A stretch of DNA of 64,000 nt from Bacillota bacterium (GTDB lineage: Bacteria; Bacillota_I; Bacilli_A; RFN20; CAG-826), in contig JAURFC010000001.1 of NCBI GenBank assembly GCA_030834445.1, forward strand, positions 216,813 to 280,812, given 5' to 3'. The notes under the pieces were generated by a model. That model worked only from the letters and a program-made list of their open reading frames with translations, did not search any database and had not been told where the DNA came from. This document shows, one piece after another, positions 19,418-30,406 of the stretch (within the stretch, counting starts at the first letter, position 1; each line of letters opens with the position of its first letter). A program made the translations under genes and the position numbers.

Positions 19418-21052
19418 GCATTTCAAATCTCATATTTAGGACAAAAAAAGTCCTTTGAACATCCTGTCGCATTAAAATCCTTATTATCTGATCATCACAC
19501 CTTTATTGCCGCGCGCGTCAATCATCGTCTTCGTGAATTAGATTACGAGGTTTATTATGATGCGACGGTTGAGTTTTTATCCAAAGAAGTTCAAGATGCC
19601 ACCCGCATTTATGAAACATCCTTACGGTATCTTGTGGCGATGAGCCTACATTCTATCAATCCTCATTATCGTTTTCGGTTTGCCTATCATATTTCTCGTT
19701 CGATTTTTTTAGAATTCATTGAACCGAGCACCATGCCAGAAAATCTTCTTTCATTGCTCGAAAATACCATGGCGAGATTTGTCGAGCAACAGCTTCCCTT
19801 TCAGCGTTTAATCATGCCCAATGAGGAAGCGGCCGCCTTATACGAACGCTTAGGGATGGAAGACAAACTTGCAATCTTACCGTATCGACCTGAAAAAACC
19901 GTTCATTTTTATCAATGTGGGGAGTATCTCAACTATATGTACGGTCATATGGCCCTTGGAACAAAATGGATTGATACATGGAAATTAATTCCGTATCAAG
20001 GCGGCATCATTATTCAATATCCTCGTTCGGAAGCTCAAGGTACCATTCCTCCGTTTGAAAATGCACCGATGTACAGTCAAACCTTACAAGAAAGTCATGA
20101 ATGGTCCAAAATCACGCGAGCCGATTCCATTAGTGCCATTAATGCATTCATCAAAGAAGAACGGGTGGTTGATTTTATTAATCTATGTGAAGCAAAACAT
20201 AATCGTATGCTCGTTGAGCTGGGAGAAGCCATTCATGCCAAAAAAAATCATATCCGCCTGATTTGTATCGCCGGACCCTCGAGTTCAGGGAAAACGACGT
20301 TTGCGAATCGCTTACGCATTGAATTATTGTCGCGTGGTCTTCAACCGATTCGAATTTCCATTGATGATTATTATTTACCCAAAGATCAGGCTCCCAAAGA
20401 TCAGGATGGTAAACCGGATTTAGAAAATATTCTCGCCCTTGATTTGGATCAATTTAATCGCGATTTAGCGGATTTAATCGCGGGTAAATTAGTGACGTTA
20501 CCCAACTCAAAATTTGATGCTAATCACCAACCAAAATCATTACAAATTGAAGATAATACCATGATTATTATTGAAGGGATTCACGCCCTAAATGATGCCT
20601 TATCCTCTTTAATTCCAAAAGATCAAAAATACAAAATCTTTATTTCCCCACAATCGCAAATTTCTATTGACGACCATAATCCGTTATCGCTCACCGATAT
20701 GCGTTTACTCCGACGCATGGTCCGCGACAAAAAATACCGCAACTCCCCACCGGAACAAACCATTGATATGTGGCCAAGTGTTCGGCGCGGAGAATTCCGT
20801 TGGATTTATCGCACCCAAGAAGAAGCCAACTATGTGTTTAATTCCTTTTTACCATATGAACTCTGTGTGATGAAACGGTATGCGTTACCCGTGTTAACGT
20901 CGATTGATAAAGATTCACGTTATTTTCCAACCGCGGAACGGCTCGTTCGTATGTTAAAGTATTTCCTCGATATCGATGAACGTTGGATTCCTTCTAACTC
21001 TCTAATCCGTGAATTTATTGGGGGTTCTTGTTTCCGCGAAGTTGAAGACTAG
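19415..21052 (+). CDS. Nucleoside (uridine) kinase fused to a ThrRS-like N-terminal domain
   Basis: IAGPSSSGKTT, SIDDYY, IIEGIHALN, RLLRRMVRD, C-terminal REFIGGS. Confidence 0.88.
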   Translation: MAFQISYLGQKKSFEHPVALKSLLSDHHTFIAARVNHRLRELDYEVYYDATVEFLSKEVQDATRIYETSLRYLVAMSLHSINPHYRFRFAYHISRSIFLEFIEPSTMPENLLSLLENTMARFVEQQLPFQRLIMPNEEAAALYERLGMEDKLAILPYRPEKTVHFYQCGEYLNYMYGHMALGTKWIDTWKLIPYQGGIIIQYPRSEAQGTIPPFENAPMYSQTLQESHEWSKITRADSISAINAFIKEERVVDFINLCEAKHNRMLVELGEAIHAKKNHIRLICIAGPSSSGKTTFANRLRIELLSRGLQPIRISIDDYYLPKDQAPKDQDGKPDLENILALDLDQFNRDLADLIAGKLVTLPNSKFDANHQPKSLQIEDNTMIIIEGIHALNDALSSLIPKDQKYKIFISPQSQISIDDHNPLSLTDMRLLRRMVRDKKYRNSPPEQTIDMWPSVRRGEFRWIYRTQEEANYVFNSFLPYELCVMKRYALPVLTSIDKDSRYFPTAERLVRMLKYFLDIDERWIPSNSLIREFIGGSCFREVED

Positions 21053-22292
21053 CTTCAATCTCTTCAATCGATTTAGGAATATCGCGTGAAAGGTTTTCAC
21101 ACCCTTTTTCGGTAATTAAAATGTCATCTTCAATACGAATACCAATTCCTAATTCTTTGATGTATAAACCAGGTTCTACCGTAATGACACATCCTGGCTC
21201 TAACGGTAAATCACGGGCCATCGGGTCATGCGTATCAAGGCCTAAATGGTGACCGACATTATGGTAATAAATCGAACCAATGTCTTCTTCTTTTTTAATG
21301 AGGCCTTCTTTGACACACGCTTTGGCCAAAAAACTTAAACATTCTTTTTGTAAATCGACCAATTTGACGCCGGGTTTAGCCAGCGAAATAATATGCTCAT
21401 TGGCGTGAAGCACAATTTCATACACTTGACGTTGTAACGGATTAAACGTACCAGAAGCAGGGTAGGTTCGCGTAATATCGCCCGCATAGTGTTGGTAACG
21501 GGCCCCTAAATCACAAAGGACAAGAACACCTTCTTGAATTTTATCTTTTGGATTTGGATAGTGGAGGACTATGGCATTTTTCCCTGCAGCGATGATCGTA
21601 TCAAACGAAGTGCCTAAATTGCCGTACTCTTTTAATGCATAGGCAAAAAGGGCTTCCAGTTGATATTCGTATAAATCTGGTTTTAGTTGTTTTCGCAAAT
21701 GATGTAATCCATACGCCGTCGCTTGGATGGCATTACGAATGGCATCAATTTCCCCCGGCGATTTAATCATGCGGAGACGGGTAATGAAAGGATAAACATT
21801 ATCGACTTTGAGAGTGGGATGTTTTTGCACAAACGCGTCCGCAAACACTTGGGTCGTTCCAAGGTTCGCTTCAATAATCAAATTTTTTTCAAGATCCACA
21901 AATAACGTATCGATATCCCCATAAAATTCGCGTTGTTGTAGGACATCTTCTAAACGAAGTTGAAACATGGAATACGTTAGAACATCTTGAATGCCCGAAC
22001 GTTGCTTCGCCGTTGCTAAATCAAGTTTTTTGCCAACCCATCGTGTTTTTGTTTCATCGATTTCATCAATAAATAAATAGGTTTTTACCCCAAAAGCTGA
22101 GTTAACCATCATCACGATACTATGCTCTTGTTCAATGCCTATTAGATAATAAAAATTCTTATTGATAACAAACGGAAATAACGCATCCGCAGAGGATTTG
22201 ATTTCGATTCCAGAAAAAAGCACGACAACACTCCCTAAAGGAAGTGCTTTCATGAGTTTTTGTCGACGGAGGGTGAATTCTTTGGCGTTCAT
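21015..22292 (-). CDS. pepP: Xaa-Pro aminopeptidase (M24B)
   Basis: DLGA..YAGDITRT, HNVGHHLGLDTHD, TVEPGLY, GIRIEDD. Confidence 0.93.
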   Translation of the reverse strand: MNAKEFTLRRQKLMKALPLGSVVVLFSGIEIKSSADALFPFVINKNFYYLIGIEQEHSIVMMVNSAFGVKTYLFIDEIDETKTRWVGKKLDLATAKQRSGIQDVLTYSMFQLRLEDVLQQREFYGDIDTLFVDLEKNLIIEANLGTTQVFADAFVQKHPTLKVDNVYPFITRLRMIKSPGEIDAIRNAIQATAYGLHHLRKQLKPDLYEYQLEALFAYALKEYGNLGTSFDTIIAAGKNAIVLHYPNPKDKIQEGVLVLCDLGARYQHYAGDITRTYPASGTFNPLQRQVYEIVLHANEHIISLAKPGVKLVDLQKECLSFLAKACVKEGLIKKEEDIGSIYYHNVGHHLGLDTHDPMARDLPLEPGCVITVEPGLYIKELGIGIRIEDDILITEKGCENLSRDIPKSIEEIEASLQLRGNKNPQ

Positions 22293-23062
22293 AAGCGTTC
22301 TTCTTTCTTCCATTTTTGCAACCACGCTTGAATGGGTAAGGAATGGAATGATTCAATTTTACCATTATCAATCGCGTTTGGTAAGCGTGGATCTAACGGT
22401 AAGGACGCGAGTAAGGGAAGTTCATAGGTTTTTAAAAATTGTTGTAAGGTTGTTTCACCAAATAAAGGATGCTGCTCGTGACATGTTGGACATTCAAAGT
22501 AGGTATAATTTTGGATAATCCCTAAACACGATTGCGGAATAAGTTTTAGCATGTTGATGCCCTTACCGACGATCGTTTGAACCATATCTTGAGGGGTGGT
22601 AACCATGATAACCCCATCCATGGGTATTTGTTGAAGGACGGTCATCGGTGTATCGCCCGTACCGGGTGGTAAATCGATTAATAAAACATCAAGTTCACCC
22701 CAGTGTGTATCTTCATAAAATTGCCGAATTAAATCCAAAACAATCGGCGCGCGATACACCATGGGTTCATCTTTTTTTCCTAACAGTAATTGACTTGAAA
22801 CCATAAAAAGATTTGGTTTTAATTCCAGGGGAATAATGGCACCATCTTCACTGTAAAGCCCATCCTTAGCTCCCAGGATAAAGGAAATGGAAGGTCCTAA
22901 TATATCCGCATCGAGAATCCCGACGCGATATCCCATGCGTGTGAGTTCAAGCGCGATTAACGAGGTCAACGTCGATTTACCGACGCCGCCTTTACTTGAC
23001 ATTACAGCAAAGGTATGACGAAAACGAGAATCTTTATTGTGAACAAAACGTTTCGGCTTCAT
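22289..23062 (-). CDS. Mrp/NBP35 (ApbC) Fe-S cluster carrier ATPase
   Basis: SSKGGVGKST, DADILGPS, DLPPGTGD, VTTPQ, CPTC. Confidence 0.92.
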   Translation of the reverse strand: MKPKRFVHNKDSRFRHTFAVMSSKGGVGKSTLTSLIALELTRMGYRVGILDADILGPSISFILGAKDGLYSEDGAIIPLELKPNLFMVSSQLLLGKKDEPMVYRAPIVLDLIRQFYEDTHWGELDVLLIDLPPGTGDTPMTVLQQIPMDGVIMVTTPQDMVQTIVGKGINMLKLIPQSCLGIIQNYTYFECPTCHEQHPLFGETTLQQFLKTYELPLLASLPLDPRLPNAIDNGKIESFHSLPIQAWLQKWKKEERL

Positions 23063-23065
23063 ACT

Positions 23066-26000
23066 TTAATCACTGAAGACGTATTGAATCTTTTCCCCTT
23101 CAATTTCAAAGACGAAATGGGTGGAATAAGGTTCTAACGATAGTGAGGTTTCGGTGAATCCCGCGAACGGATTAGACGTAATCGCTAGCATCGAATTCGA
23201 TAGGTTTGTGAATCCGGCATTGGTGACAACGCGCGCCCCGTAGAAGAGTTTGGCAATCACACTGGTTGCACTACTCGTCCAACTTGCATAATCGCCGACA
23301 ACATAATTAGGATAAGGACCCGCAGTGGATACATTCGCAAGAACTTTGGATCCCATTTGTGTGAGTGCATTTAACATGTTGGTGACATCCGTTGCCGAAG
23401 GATTCCCCCCTGAGGTAGCGACCGCTTTAATCGCGCCTAAGAAAAGCAAAGCCCCTTCTAAACCATCCGCTTCGGTTGGGTTCAAGTTAGCAAAATCATT
23501 TTCATCACCATCATTGGCTTGGTCATAGAAATTAATGCGTTTTGCGAGGTTGGCATCATCCCCAAAATACGGGGCGTTGGTATCTTGAACGAGGGCATAT
23601 TCACTGTCAAAAATATCGGTGAAGAAACCTGCGGATAATTCCGAAACCATGAAAGCACGGTCGGTGATGGCATTCCCCGTTGCCGTGTAGGTTAACTCGA
23701 TTAACTGACGCATTTCAGAACTGTATTGATCAAGCGTTGAAGCATCACCAATCGAGGTAAATTGTGAAAGAATTCCGATGAATGAGTCTAAGCGTGTAGC
23801 TTCATAATTCACATCAAAGTCACCAGAGAATATTTCTTCTACTCGTTCAACTTTAAACTCTTTGTCAGATTCTTGAGTCGTTAAATAATCAAAATATTTT
23901 CCCACAGAAGCAGTATTCAATAGATTAAAGAACGTAAGTGAACGTGTTTTAATGGATCCTGGAGTCGTCACATTAGCGGTTCCAGAAACTAGTGCATTAG
24001 GATCATCAATTGTTCCGGCATTATTACCGAATATGAGTGATTGACTCAAAAGGTTTAATAATGGATAAAGACTATTTCCATCATTTAAATAGGTAGAGAT
24101 ATTAAAGCCAGCTCCAACATTAATGTAGGCTCCCGCATCATTATCATAAAAGCCGTTTAATAAACCATAAATCAAACCTTCTTGAATGATTGTTCCAGGT
24201 ATCAACGAATAATCCATTGAACTCAAGTCTTTTTGTAAAAATTCAACGGGTGACAATTCATAGGTCTCGTTGCCTTCGGTATACGTAGAAAATGAAATTG
24301 TATCAAACGCATCTTTAACAAGTTTTTTTGCGGCATCGGATGTTAGTGAAGAATAATTTAGAACACTTAAAATTGCATTAATGGATGCTGGTGATAAACT
24401 ACTAGCATCAATTGAGGATGCACTTTCAAGGTTAGGAAGTGCCGCTTTTAATTCTTTAAATATTCTAAAGAAAGCAGATACCTCACCTACTTGATCGTAA
24501 TCCGTCCATGAATCCGTTAAATGCGTTTCATTGTTCGCAGGAAATAACGTCGAGAAATTAACGACTAAATATTCTGCTTTATTTTCAGCGCTGCCCAGGG
24601 TCAAATCATCAAGGTCATTCCCGTCATACGCCAAATCAGCCATGCCCGTATCCTTGAACATTTTAATCATCATTTGTTCGAAAATAGTCGCATCATCTTC
24701 TACGCCTGTGCTTGCCCCAGTTTGATGAAAAACTTGAGATCCATATAAACTTAATACCAAATTAGCCATGTCATCAATTGCTTCGTCGGTTAGGTCTTTA
24801 ATGGAACCATAATTTCGATTACCAACAACTTTCACATCCGAGAAAATACTCAATATAGAAGAAATTTCAGTGTCTTGATAAGGCAGATATACATCACCTA
24901 CTTGGGGATCATTGGGGTCATTTCTTAACCCACGATACGCGAAGTTTGCCTTTGTAAAGTCGACACCGACTGATGAAAAATCACCACCTTCTAACATATT
25001 GGAAAATAAATGTGGAATGGCTGGATACAAAACGGAGGATTGATTCATGGATAAGAGTAGATTTTCAATTTTTGCCATTCCTGCTTCCGTATCAATTAAA
25101 TTGGCAAGGGTATCACTACTACCAGCGCCTGAAAAGGACGCAAAGTCAATTTCAGTATCTTTAAACGCTTGTAAAACCGCAATAATTCGGGCAATTTCAC
25201 CCGTAGTGGCCGTTGTCCAATCATCGGGCGTTTCACTACCCGCAAAAAGATTCGTTAACTGGGAGATATCTTCCTGTAACAACGTTAATCGTGTGGGTTG
25301 ATCGCTAAGATCATAAATAAATGTATCCATTGTCGAGGTATTTAAAATCATGCGATACGTTTGTTCAAAGATGGTGAGGTTACTATTCGCGTAACTATTG
25401 CCAGTCTTAAACGTATTAAAGACATATGAAGCATGCATTTTAGTAAGTAAGCCTTCAAATAAGGGCGGATCGATTAAATCAGAAGTAAACGCGCCACCAC
25501 CCGTTAATCCAATCGATTGGATATCCCAATACACATCTAAAAGTTGGGAAATTTCGGTCCCACGTGCTTCTTTATTCGGTTCAGCTGCAAAATAACCTGT
25601 GTTTGCATCAGCCATATTTAAACCATTGATGTTAAAGGAATCGGATTCAAAAATATTCCCAAATAAATTACCAATGGAGGGCGAGACGAGCGTAGAATCA
25701 TTCATCGCAAGCAAGAGATTTTCAACTTTAAGCAAACCTGGTTCGGTATTAAGCAACCCGGAAATGGAATCACCACCAAACGTTGCAAAGTCAATTTCTG
25801 TGTTTTTAAAGGCGGTTAGTACGCCAATAATTCGAGCAATTTCTCCGGATTCGCCACGCCAGTCACTCGCGGTCTCAGGATCTCCAAAGCTGTTTGTCAA
25901 TGCCGCAATATCGGTTTGAAGTAAGCCTAAACGCGCATTATTATCCGGTTCATCATAAATAAAGGTATCCAGTGTGGATGTATTTAAAATCATTCGTACG

Positions 26001-29000
26001 GTTTGTTCAAAGACCGTTAAGTCCCCATCCGTATAACTATTACCGGATTTGAAAGTGTTGAACACTTGAGATTGATACATTTTATCGAGTAATCCTTCAA
26101 ATAAAGGTGGATCAATTAAATCAGAAGTAAACGCGCCACCACCCGTCAATCCAATCGATTGGATATCCCAATAAATATCAAGAATTAACGAAATTTCAAT
26201 TGCTTTTTCTTCTTTTGTCGTCGTTTCTAAGCTGAAATAGGCAGTATGGGAATCTCCCATATTTAACCCATTAATGTTAAAGGAATCGGATTCAAAAATA
26301 TTGCCAAATAAATTACCAATTGCAGGACCGATTAAAACAGAGTCATTCATCGAAAGGAGTAAAGTTTCCACTTTACCGAGTCCTTCTAATGTGTTTAATA
26401 AACCAGAAATTGAATCGCCACCAAAGGTCGCAAAATCAATGCCTGTATTCACAAAGGCAACCATCACATCCACGAAGCGTTGGATTTCACCCGTTTCCCC
26501 GTTCCAACCATCTGCTGAGCCATCCCCAAAATTATTATCGATGGTCACTAAATCGGTTTCTAAGGCGGCTAAACGTTCTGCTTCCGTCAACGTGTCATCA
26601 TAAATAAACGTATCGAGTGTGGAGGTCGTCAGTAAGAATTTATACGCTTGTTCAAACACGGTTAAATCGCCATTATCACGACTAAACCCTAATTTAAACG
26701 AATTAAATAAAGCGGCATCGTGAAGAATGCCTAAAAGATCACCAACCGTTTGAATCGTTGTTTCATTGAAGTTCGCAATATCAAAACTACCACCACCATC
26801 TAAACCCATATCTGCAATCGTATCCAAAAGATTCGCAGTTGCTTGAATTTGTTCAGCACGTCCTTCTTGGTCGAGTTCTAAGAACACAAAAATGTTGGTT
26901 TGTGAAAGACTTAACGAACCAATATCAAAATTAGAAGTTCCAAAAATGGAATCATAAATGTTATACAAAAGAACGCGTAAGGAAGGCGCATCGTTCAGTG
27001 CGAGTAATAAATCAGAAATCGTATCCCCACTTAAGTTCGTTCCTGAAGTTAAATCATCAATGGAAACATTTTGGAACGCTTCGATAAAACCCACAATATT
27101 TTCAATTTCGCCGCCGTCAAATTCATATTGAACGAATCCATTGGCGTCTAAAAGTGGTAAATCCGTCAGTGGATCGACTTTAATTTCTTTAGTACCGAAC
27201 CAGTTTTCCATGGTATCGACGTCATTACTGATCGCATAGAAATCATTTGTGATGAGCGTGTAATCATCGGTGCTGTCATCATCATACGCATCAAGGTATG
27301 GATCCGGATCGACAAAATACGAACTAATATCACTAACCCCTTTGAGTTGATTGAGCAAGAAATCAGGGAATAAATACGTCCCATCTTGTTTCATGAATAT
27401 TTGTGAGGCTGCTAGTCCTTGAAGGAGTTCTTCAACCATACTCACATCGCTATTTAAGAAATCTAGATTATTGAGACCATCGGCAAAGTTCGTTAATTGT
27501 TTCACCAAGAACACAAGGTTTGAACCTTCTTCTTCCCAAGACGTTACATTTCGGAAGGAGGTGCCTAACTCACTATCTAATAAGCCTCCCGTGTCGCCAA
27601 ATAACGTATCTAAAATACCACCAAACGCATTGGCAATAATCGACGAACGGTCAGCATACGCGAAAATTTTATAAAGGGGTGCGACATCCGGATCCGCTAT
27701 ATCTTCACTTCCACTGGCTAAATCGTTTAATGCGTCGAAAATATCTCCGCTAATATCCAAGAGTCCTGAGTCTAACGCCGCAGTTAAGAAGTTAACAAGA
27801 TGATAGTTTTCACCGCTTTGTGCTTCATTCACTTCATCCCCCTCATCCAATAGACCATTGCCATTCACATCGGTATATACGGTCGTCCATCCATCCGATT
27901 CCCCGGAAGTTGTGACGGCATTAAAGCCACGATCTAAATCTGCCTCTTCGATACCAAATCCTTCGACAAGGGCAAATATACCACCAATCATTTGGCGATA
28001 ATTCGTGGCCTTATCAAGGGTGTTCGGATTGAGATTCAAAATGTTCGAAGCGTAAATCGAATCAAGTAAACCAACAAGGTTACGTGAAATGGTGGGAAAC
28101 TGATTAATTAAATCACTTTGCACGTCAAGAATGGGTAGTGCATACCCTAACATGTCGATAACAATGTTAAGTTCACGGGATAGGGAGTCAAATTCAAAAT
28201 TCAAATCATCCGTGGTGATATTAATTAAGGTTAAAAAGTCGTTGAAAGAAGGATCAGAGAAAGTGGCTTCTAAAAAGCCTGGAATAATCGTTAAAATCAT
28301 TTCCGAACGATCTAGTTTGGGAATGAGATTCGATTTTAAATCAGCGCGGAACGCTTCATCGTTGAGAATATCTAAAATATTGACCGTTGCTCCGGGTTCT
28401 AAAAGTCCTGCTAATGTATCATTGGATAATGCGGCGCCAACAATACTAAACAAACCTGCAAATTCTTGTTTGTATGCTTTGCGAACGTCGCCAAGAGTTC
28501 CATCATTAAATCCTTCCACGAGGGCAACTAATTCAGTATCGTCATAATCGGTTCCTAACACACTCAATAGTGTTGGTAAAACCAAACTTTCAACCAAGGA
28601 GGGTAACCCACGGGCAATCAAATCAGAGTCAAGCATCGAAACACGGTTAATCGAAATCCCAGTGACAGGATCGTTATTGATGGGTAAACCGTCTTCATCA
28701 ACATCCCCGAGTAAAACTTCAACGAATAAATCAAAATTATCGACAATGACACTCGTTAATGTCGGTTCTTCCCCTTCTCGCTTAGGAGCTTCAAAAGGAG
28801 CATCGTTCACTGCGGTTGTTCCGGTTAAAGTTTCTAATAAAACGTCACTGAGGCCAACCGCGTCGTTATAAAGTTCATAGACAAGGTCATATACCAGTTT
28901 TAATTCACGACCAAATTCAATCGTTTCATAGTCTTCCCATGCTGTGGGTAAAAAGGTAGATAATCCTAATCCCCCGGCAGGACCTCCTGCTGCCACTTCT

Positions 29001-30313
29001 TGTTCCACCAAACCATATAACACGGCAGGTATGACTTGCGACAGGAAGGGTGACTCATCAATACTTAATAATATATCGCCAATTTCTTCCGCGTTACCTT
29101 GTTCAAATAATGCGGGAAGAATGACATCTATACCCGCGTTATCGACGAGAATATCTTGCAAAATACCCGTACGAATAACACCTGAAAGAATATCACCGAT
29201 TTGAATGAGTTCTTCATCCCAATTAATCGCGTCAAAATCAATTTTATCCGGATCGACGTATTGGGTGACTAAATCAAGGTTGAATGCGACAGCCACTGCA
29301 ATCGGAATAATGCGCATCACGAGGGTTGAACCCGTCAAGCTCAAAATAAGATTTGTCACAGCACTTTCAGTTAATAAGAGGGAGGTATCAATACTCGATA
29401 AACTTGCATCAATGGCGCCAGTTCCAATTAAGGTGGCGGCGATATCTACAATCGAATCAAGTTCATCCGATAAGGTGAGTCGATAATTTTCAATATCTTC
29501 GCCAGAAATGAAATCCATTAAAACCGTATCAATCGTTTTTCCGTCTTCAGAAATGTACCAATCAAACAAGACCGTAGAAAAAGTCGATTGGTCATACGCA
29601 TTGACATATCCCATAATTTGGTCATAAAGTTCGGAATCAATTTGATCACCGTATTGTTCATCAAAGTCTTTAAATGACGTTGAGATCGTATTGACTAATG
29701 AAGTGAATGGGGATAAAAACATCGTCAACACTAAAACCATTTTTGTGGCCCCTGCAAGACCGCCTAAAAGTCGCATTTTCTTTTTCTTACGCCATTTGAG
29801 TGGGATTAGAAAACGGAAGGGGATGAAATACAATAACGCGGCGAGTGTTTCTCCGAGTAAGAAAATTAGAATCGCAAGAATGATAAAGACCAAATATCGT
29901 AACAACACAAGGGTTAAGGCAATAATGAGTTCGGAAAGTTGGGGCGTAATAAAAAAACCAAAACCAAGGAGAACTTGTTCTAATAATTCATTGATGGTTT
30001 CATACGCAGTCGTCACCGGAACACTGATCGGACCGGAGCCAAGATCTAAGTTGATGGCACTCATGCCAATCGAACCTGCTAAACCGGAAATATCAAAATC
30101 AATGGAAAAATCGACCAATTGTCGTGTAAATAAGACGGACAATGCGATTAAAGTTCCAACAAATAAAAGACGAAAACCTTCACGCCATATGCCACGAACA
30201 AAACCAAAGATAAAGCCTAACGCCACAAACCCAATTAAGCCATACAAGGCGTAATCTAAATATTGAGCAAGTACTTCTGGTGCTAAATTAAGAAAGATAA
30301 TGAGTGAATTCAT
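23066..30313 (-). CDS. Giant (2415 aa) acidic membrane-anchored repeat protein with CvpA-like N-terminus
   Basis: Uninterrupted ORF, AAGGAG RBS, N-terminal TM segments with GFIFGFVRG and RLLGGLAG, Asp/Glu-rich remainder with internal repeats. Confidence 0.9.
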   Translation of the reverse strand: MNSLIIFLNLAPEVLAQYLDYALYGLIGFVALGFIFGFVRGIWREGFRLLFVGTLIALSVLFTRQLVDFSIDFDISGLAGSIGMSAINLDLGSGPISVPVTTAYETINELLEQVLLGFGFFITPQLSELIIALTLVLLRYLVFIILAILIFLLGETLAALLYFIPFRFLIPLKWRKKKKMRLLGGLAGATKMVLVLTMFLSPFTSLVNTISTSFKDFDEQYGDQIDSELYDQIMGYVNAYDQSTFSTVLFDWYISEDGKTIDTVLMDFISGEDIENYRLTLSDELDSIVDIAATLIGTGAIDASLSSIDTSLLLTESAVTNLILSLTGSTLVMRIIPIAVAVAFNLDLVTQYVDPDKIDFDAINWDEELIQIGDILSGVIRTGILQDILVDNAGIDVILPALFEQGNAEEIGDILLSIDESPFLSQVIPAVLYGLVEQEVAAGGPAGGLGLSTFLPTAWEDYETIEFGRELKLVYDLVYELYNDAVGLSDVLLETLTGTTAVNDAPFEAPKREGEEPTLTSVIVDNFDLFVEVLLGDVDEDGLPINNDPVTGISINRVSMLDSDLIARGLPSLVESLVLPTLLSVLGTDYDDTELVALVEGFNDGTLGDVRKAYKQEFAGLFSIVGAALSNDTLAGLLEPGATVNILDILNDEAFRADLKSNLIPKLDRSEMILTIIPGFLEATFSDPSFNDFLTLINITTDDLNFEFDSLSRELNIVIDMLGYALPILDVQSDLINQFPTISRNLVGLLDSIYASNILNLNPNTLDKATNYRQMIGGIFALVEGFGIEEADLDRGFNAVTTSGESDGWTTVYTDVNGNGLLDEGDEVNEAQSGENYHLVNFLTAALDSGLLDISGDIFDALNDLASGSEDIADPDVAPLYKIFAYADRSSIIANAFGGILDTLFGDTGGLLDSELGTSFRNVTSWEEEGSNLVFLVKQLTNFADGLNNLDFLNSDVSMVEELLQGLAASQIFMKQDGTYLFPDFLLNQLKGVSDISSYFVDPDPYLDAYDDDSTDDYTLITNDFYAISNDVDTMENWFGTKEIKVDPLTDLPLLDANGFVQYEFDGGEIENIVGFIEAFQNVSIDDLTSGTNLSGDTISDLLLALNDAPSLRVLLYNIYDSIFGTSNFDIGSLSLSQTNIFVFLELDQEGRAEQIQATANLLDTIADMGLDGGGSFDIANFNETTIQTVGDLLGILHDAALFNSFKLGFSRDNGDLTVFEQAYKFLLTTSTLDTFIYDDTLTEAERLAALETDLVTIDNNFGDGSADGWNGETGEIQRFVDVMVAFVNTGIDFATFGGDSISGLLNTLEGLGKVETLLLSMNDSVLIGPAIGNLFGNIFESDSFNINGLNMGDSHTAYFSLETTTKEEKAIEISLILDIYWDIQSIGLTGGGAFTSDLIDPPLFEGLLDKMYQSQVFNTFKSGNSYTDGDLTVFEQTVRMILNTSTLDTFIYDEPDNNARLGLLQTDIAALTNSFGDPETASDWRGESGEIARIIGVLTAFKNTEIDFATFGGDSISGLLNTEPGLLKVENLLLAMNDSTLVSPSIGNLFGNIFESDSFNINGLNMADANTGYFAAEPNKEARGTEISQLLDVYWDIQSIGLTGGGAFTSDLIDPPLFEGLLTKMHASYVFNTFKTGNSYANSNLTIFEQTYRMILNTSTMDTFIYDLSDQPTRLTLLQEDISQLTNLFAGSETPDDWTTATTGEIARIIAVLQAFKDTEIDFASFSGAGSSDTLANLIDTEAGMAKIENLLLSMNQSSVLYPAIPHLFSNMLEGGDFSSVGVDFTKANFAYRGLRNDPNDPQVGDVYLPYQDTEISSILSIFSDVKVVGNRNYGSIKDLTDEAIDDMANLVLSLYGSQVFHQTGASTGVEDDATIFEQMMIKMFKDTGMADLAYDGNDLDDLTLGSAENKAEYLVVNFSTLFPANNETHLTDSWTDYDQVGEVSAFFRIFKELKAALPNLESASSIDASSLSPASINAILSVLNYSSLTSDAAKKLVKDAFDTISFSTYTEGNETYELSPVEFLQKDLSSMDYSLIPGTIIQEGLIYGLLNGFYDNDAGAYINVGAGFNISTYLNDGNSLYPLLNLLSQSLIFGNNAGTIDDPNALVSGTANVTTPGSIKTRSLTFFNLLNTASVGKYFDYLTTQESDKEFKVERVEEIFSGDFDVNYEATRLDSFIGILSQFTSIGDASTLDQYSSEMRQLIELTYTATGNAITDRAFMVSELSAGFFTDIFDSEYALVQDTNAPYFGDDANLAKRINFYDQANDGDENDFANLNPTEADGLEGALLFLGAIKAVATSGGNPSATDVTNMLNALTQMGSKVLANVSTAGPYPNYVVGDYASWTSSATSVIAKLFYGARVVTNAGFTNLSNSMLAITSNPFAGFTETSLSLEPYSTHFVFEIEGEKIQYVFSD
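24960..27130 (-). repeat. Tandem ~214-aa (~642 nt) internal repeats of the giant protein
   Basis: AAATCAGAAGTAAACGCGCCACCACCCGT at 25476 and 26118; repeated YWDIQSIGLTGGGAFTSDLIDPPLFEGLL, IDFATFGGDSISGLLNT, LTxFEQ..DTFIYD. Confidence 0.85.
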
Positions 30314-30406
30314 AAGGCTCCTTTACACGGATTAATACCTTCTTATTATATGCTAATGCTGTGTTATCATAAACCTAAACTGAATGAATTAACTTTCTTT
30401 ACAATC

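Noticed and set aside
25440-26450. DNA repeats as a possible CRISPR array or DGR template/variable pair
   Set aside because: They are in-frame coding repeats with mostly synonymous differences, no spacers, no adenine-specific pattern evident, and no reverse transcriptase or cas genes
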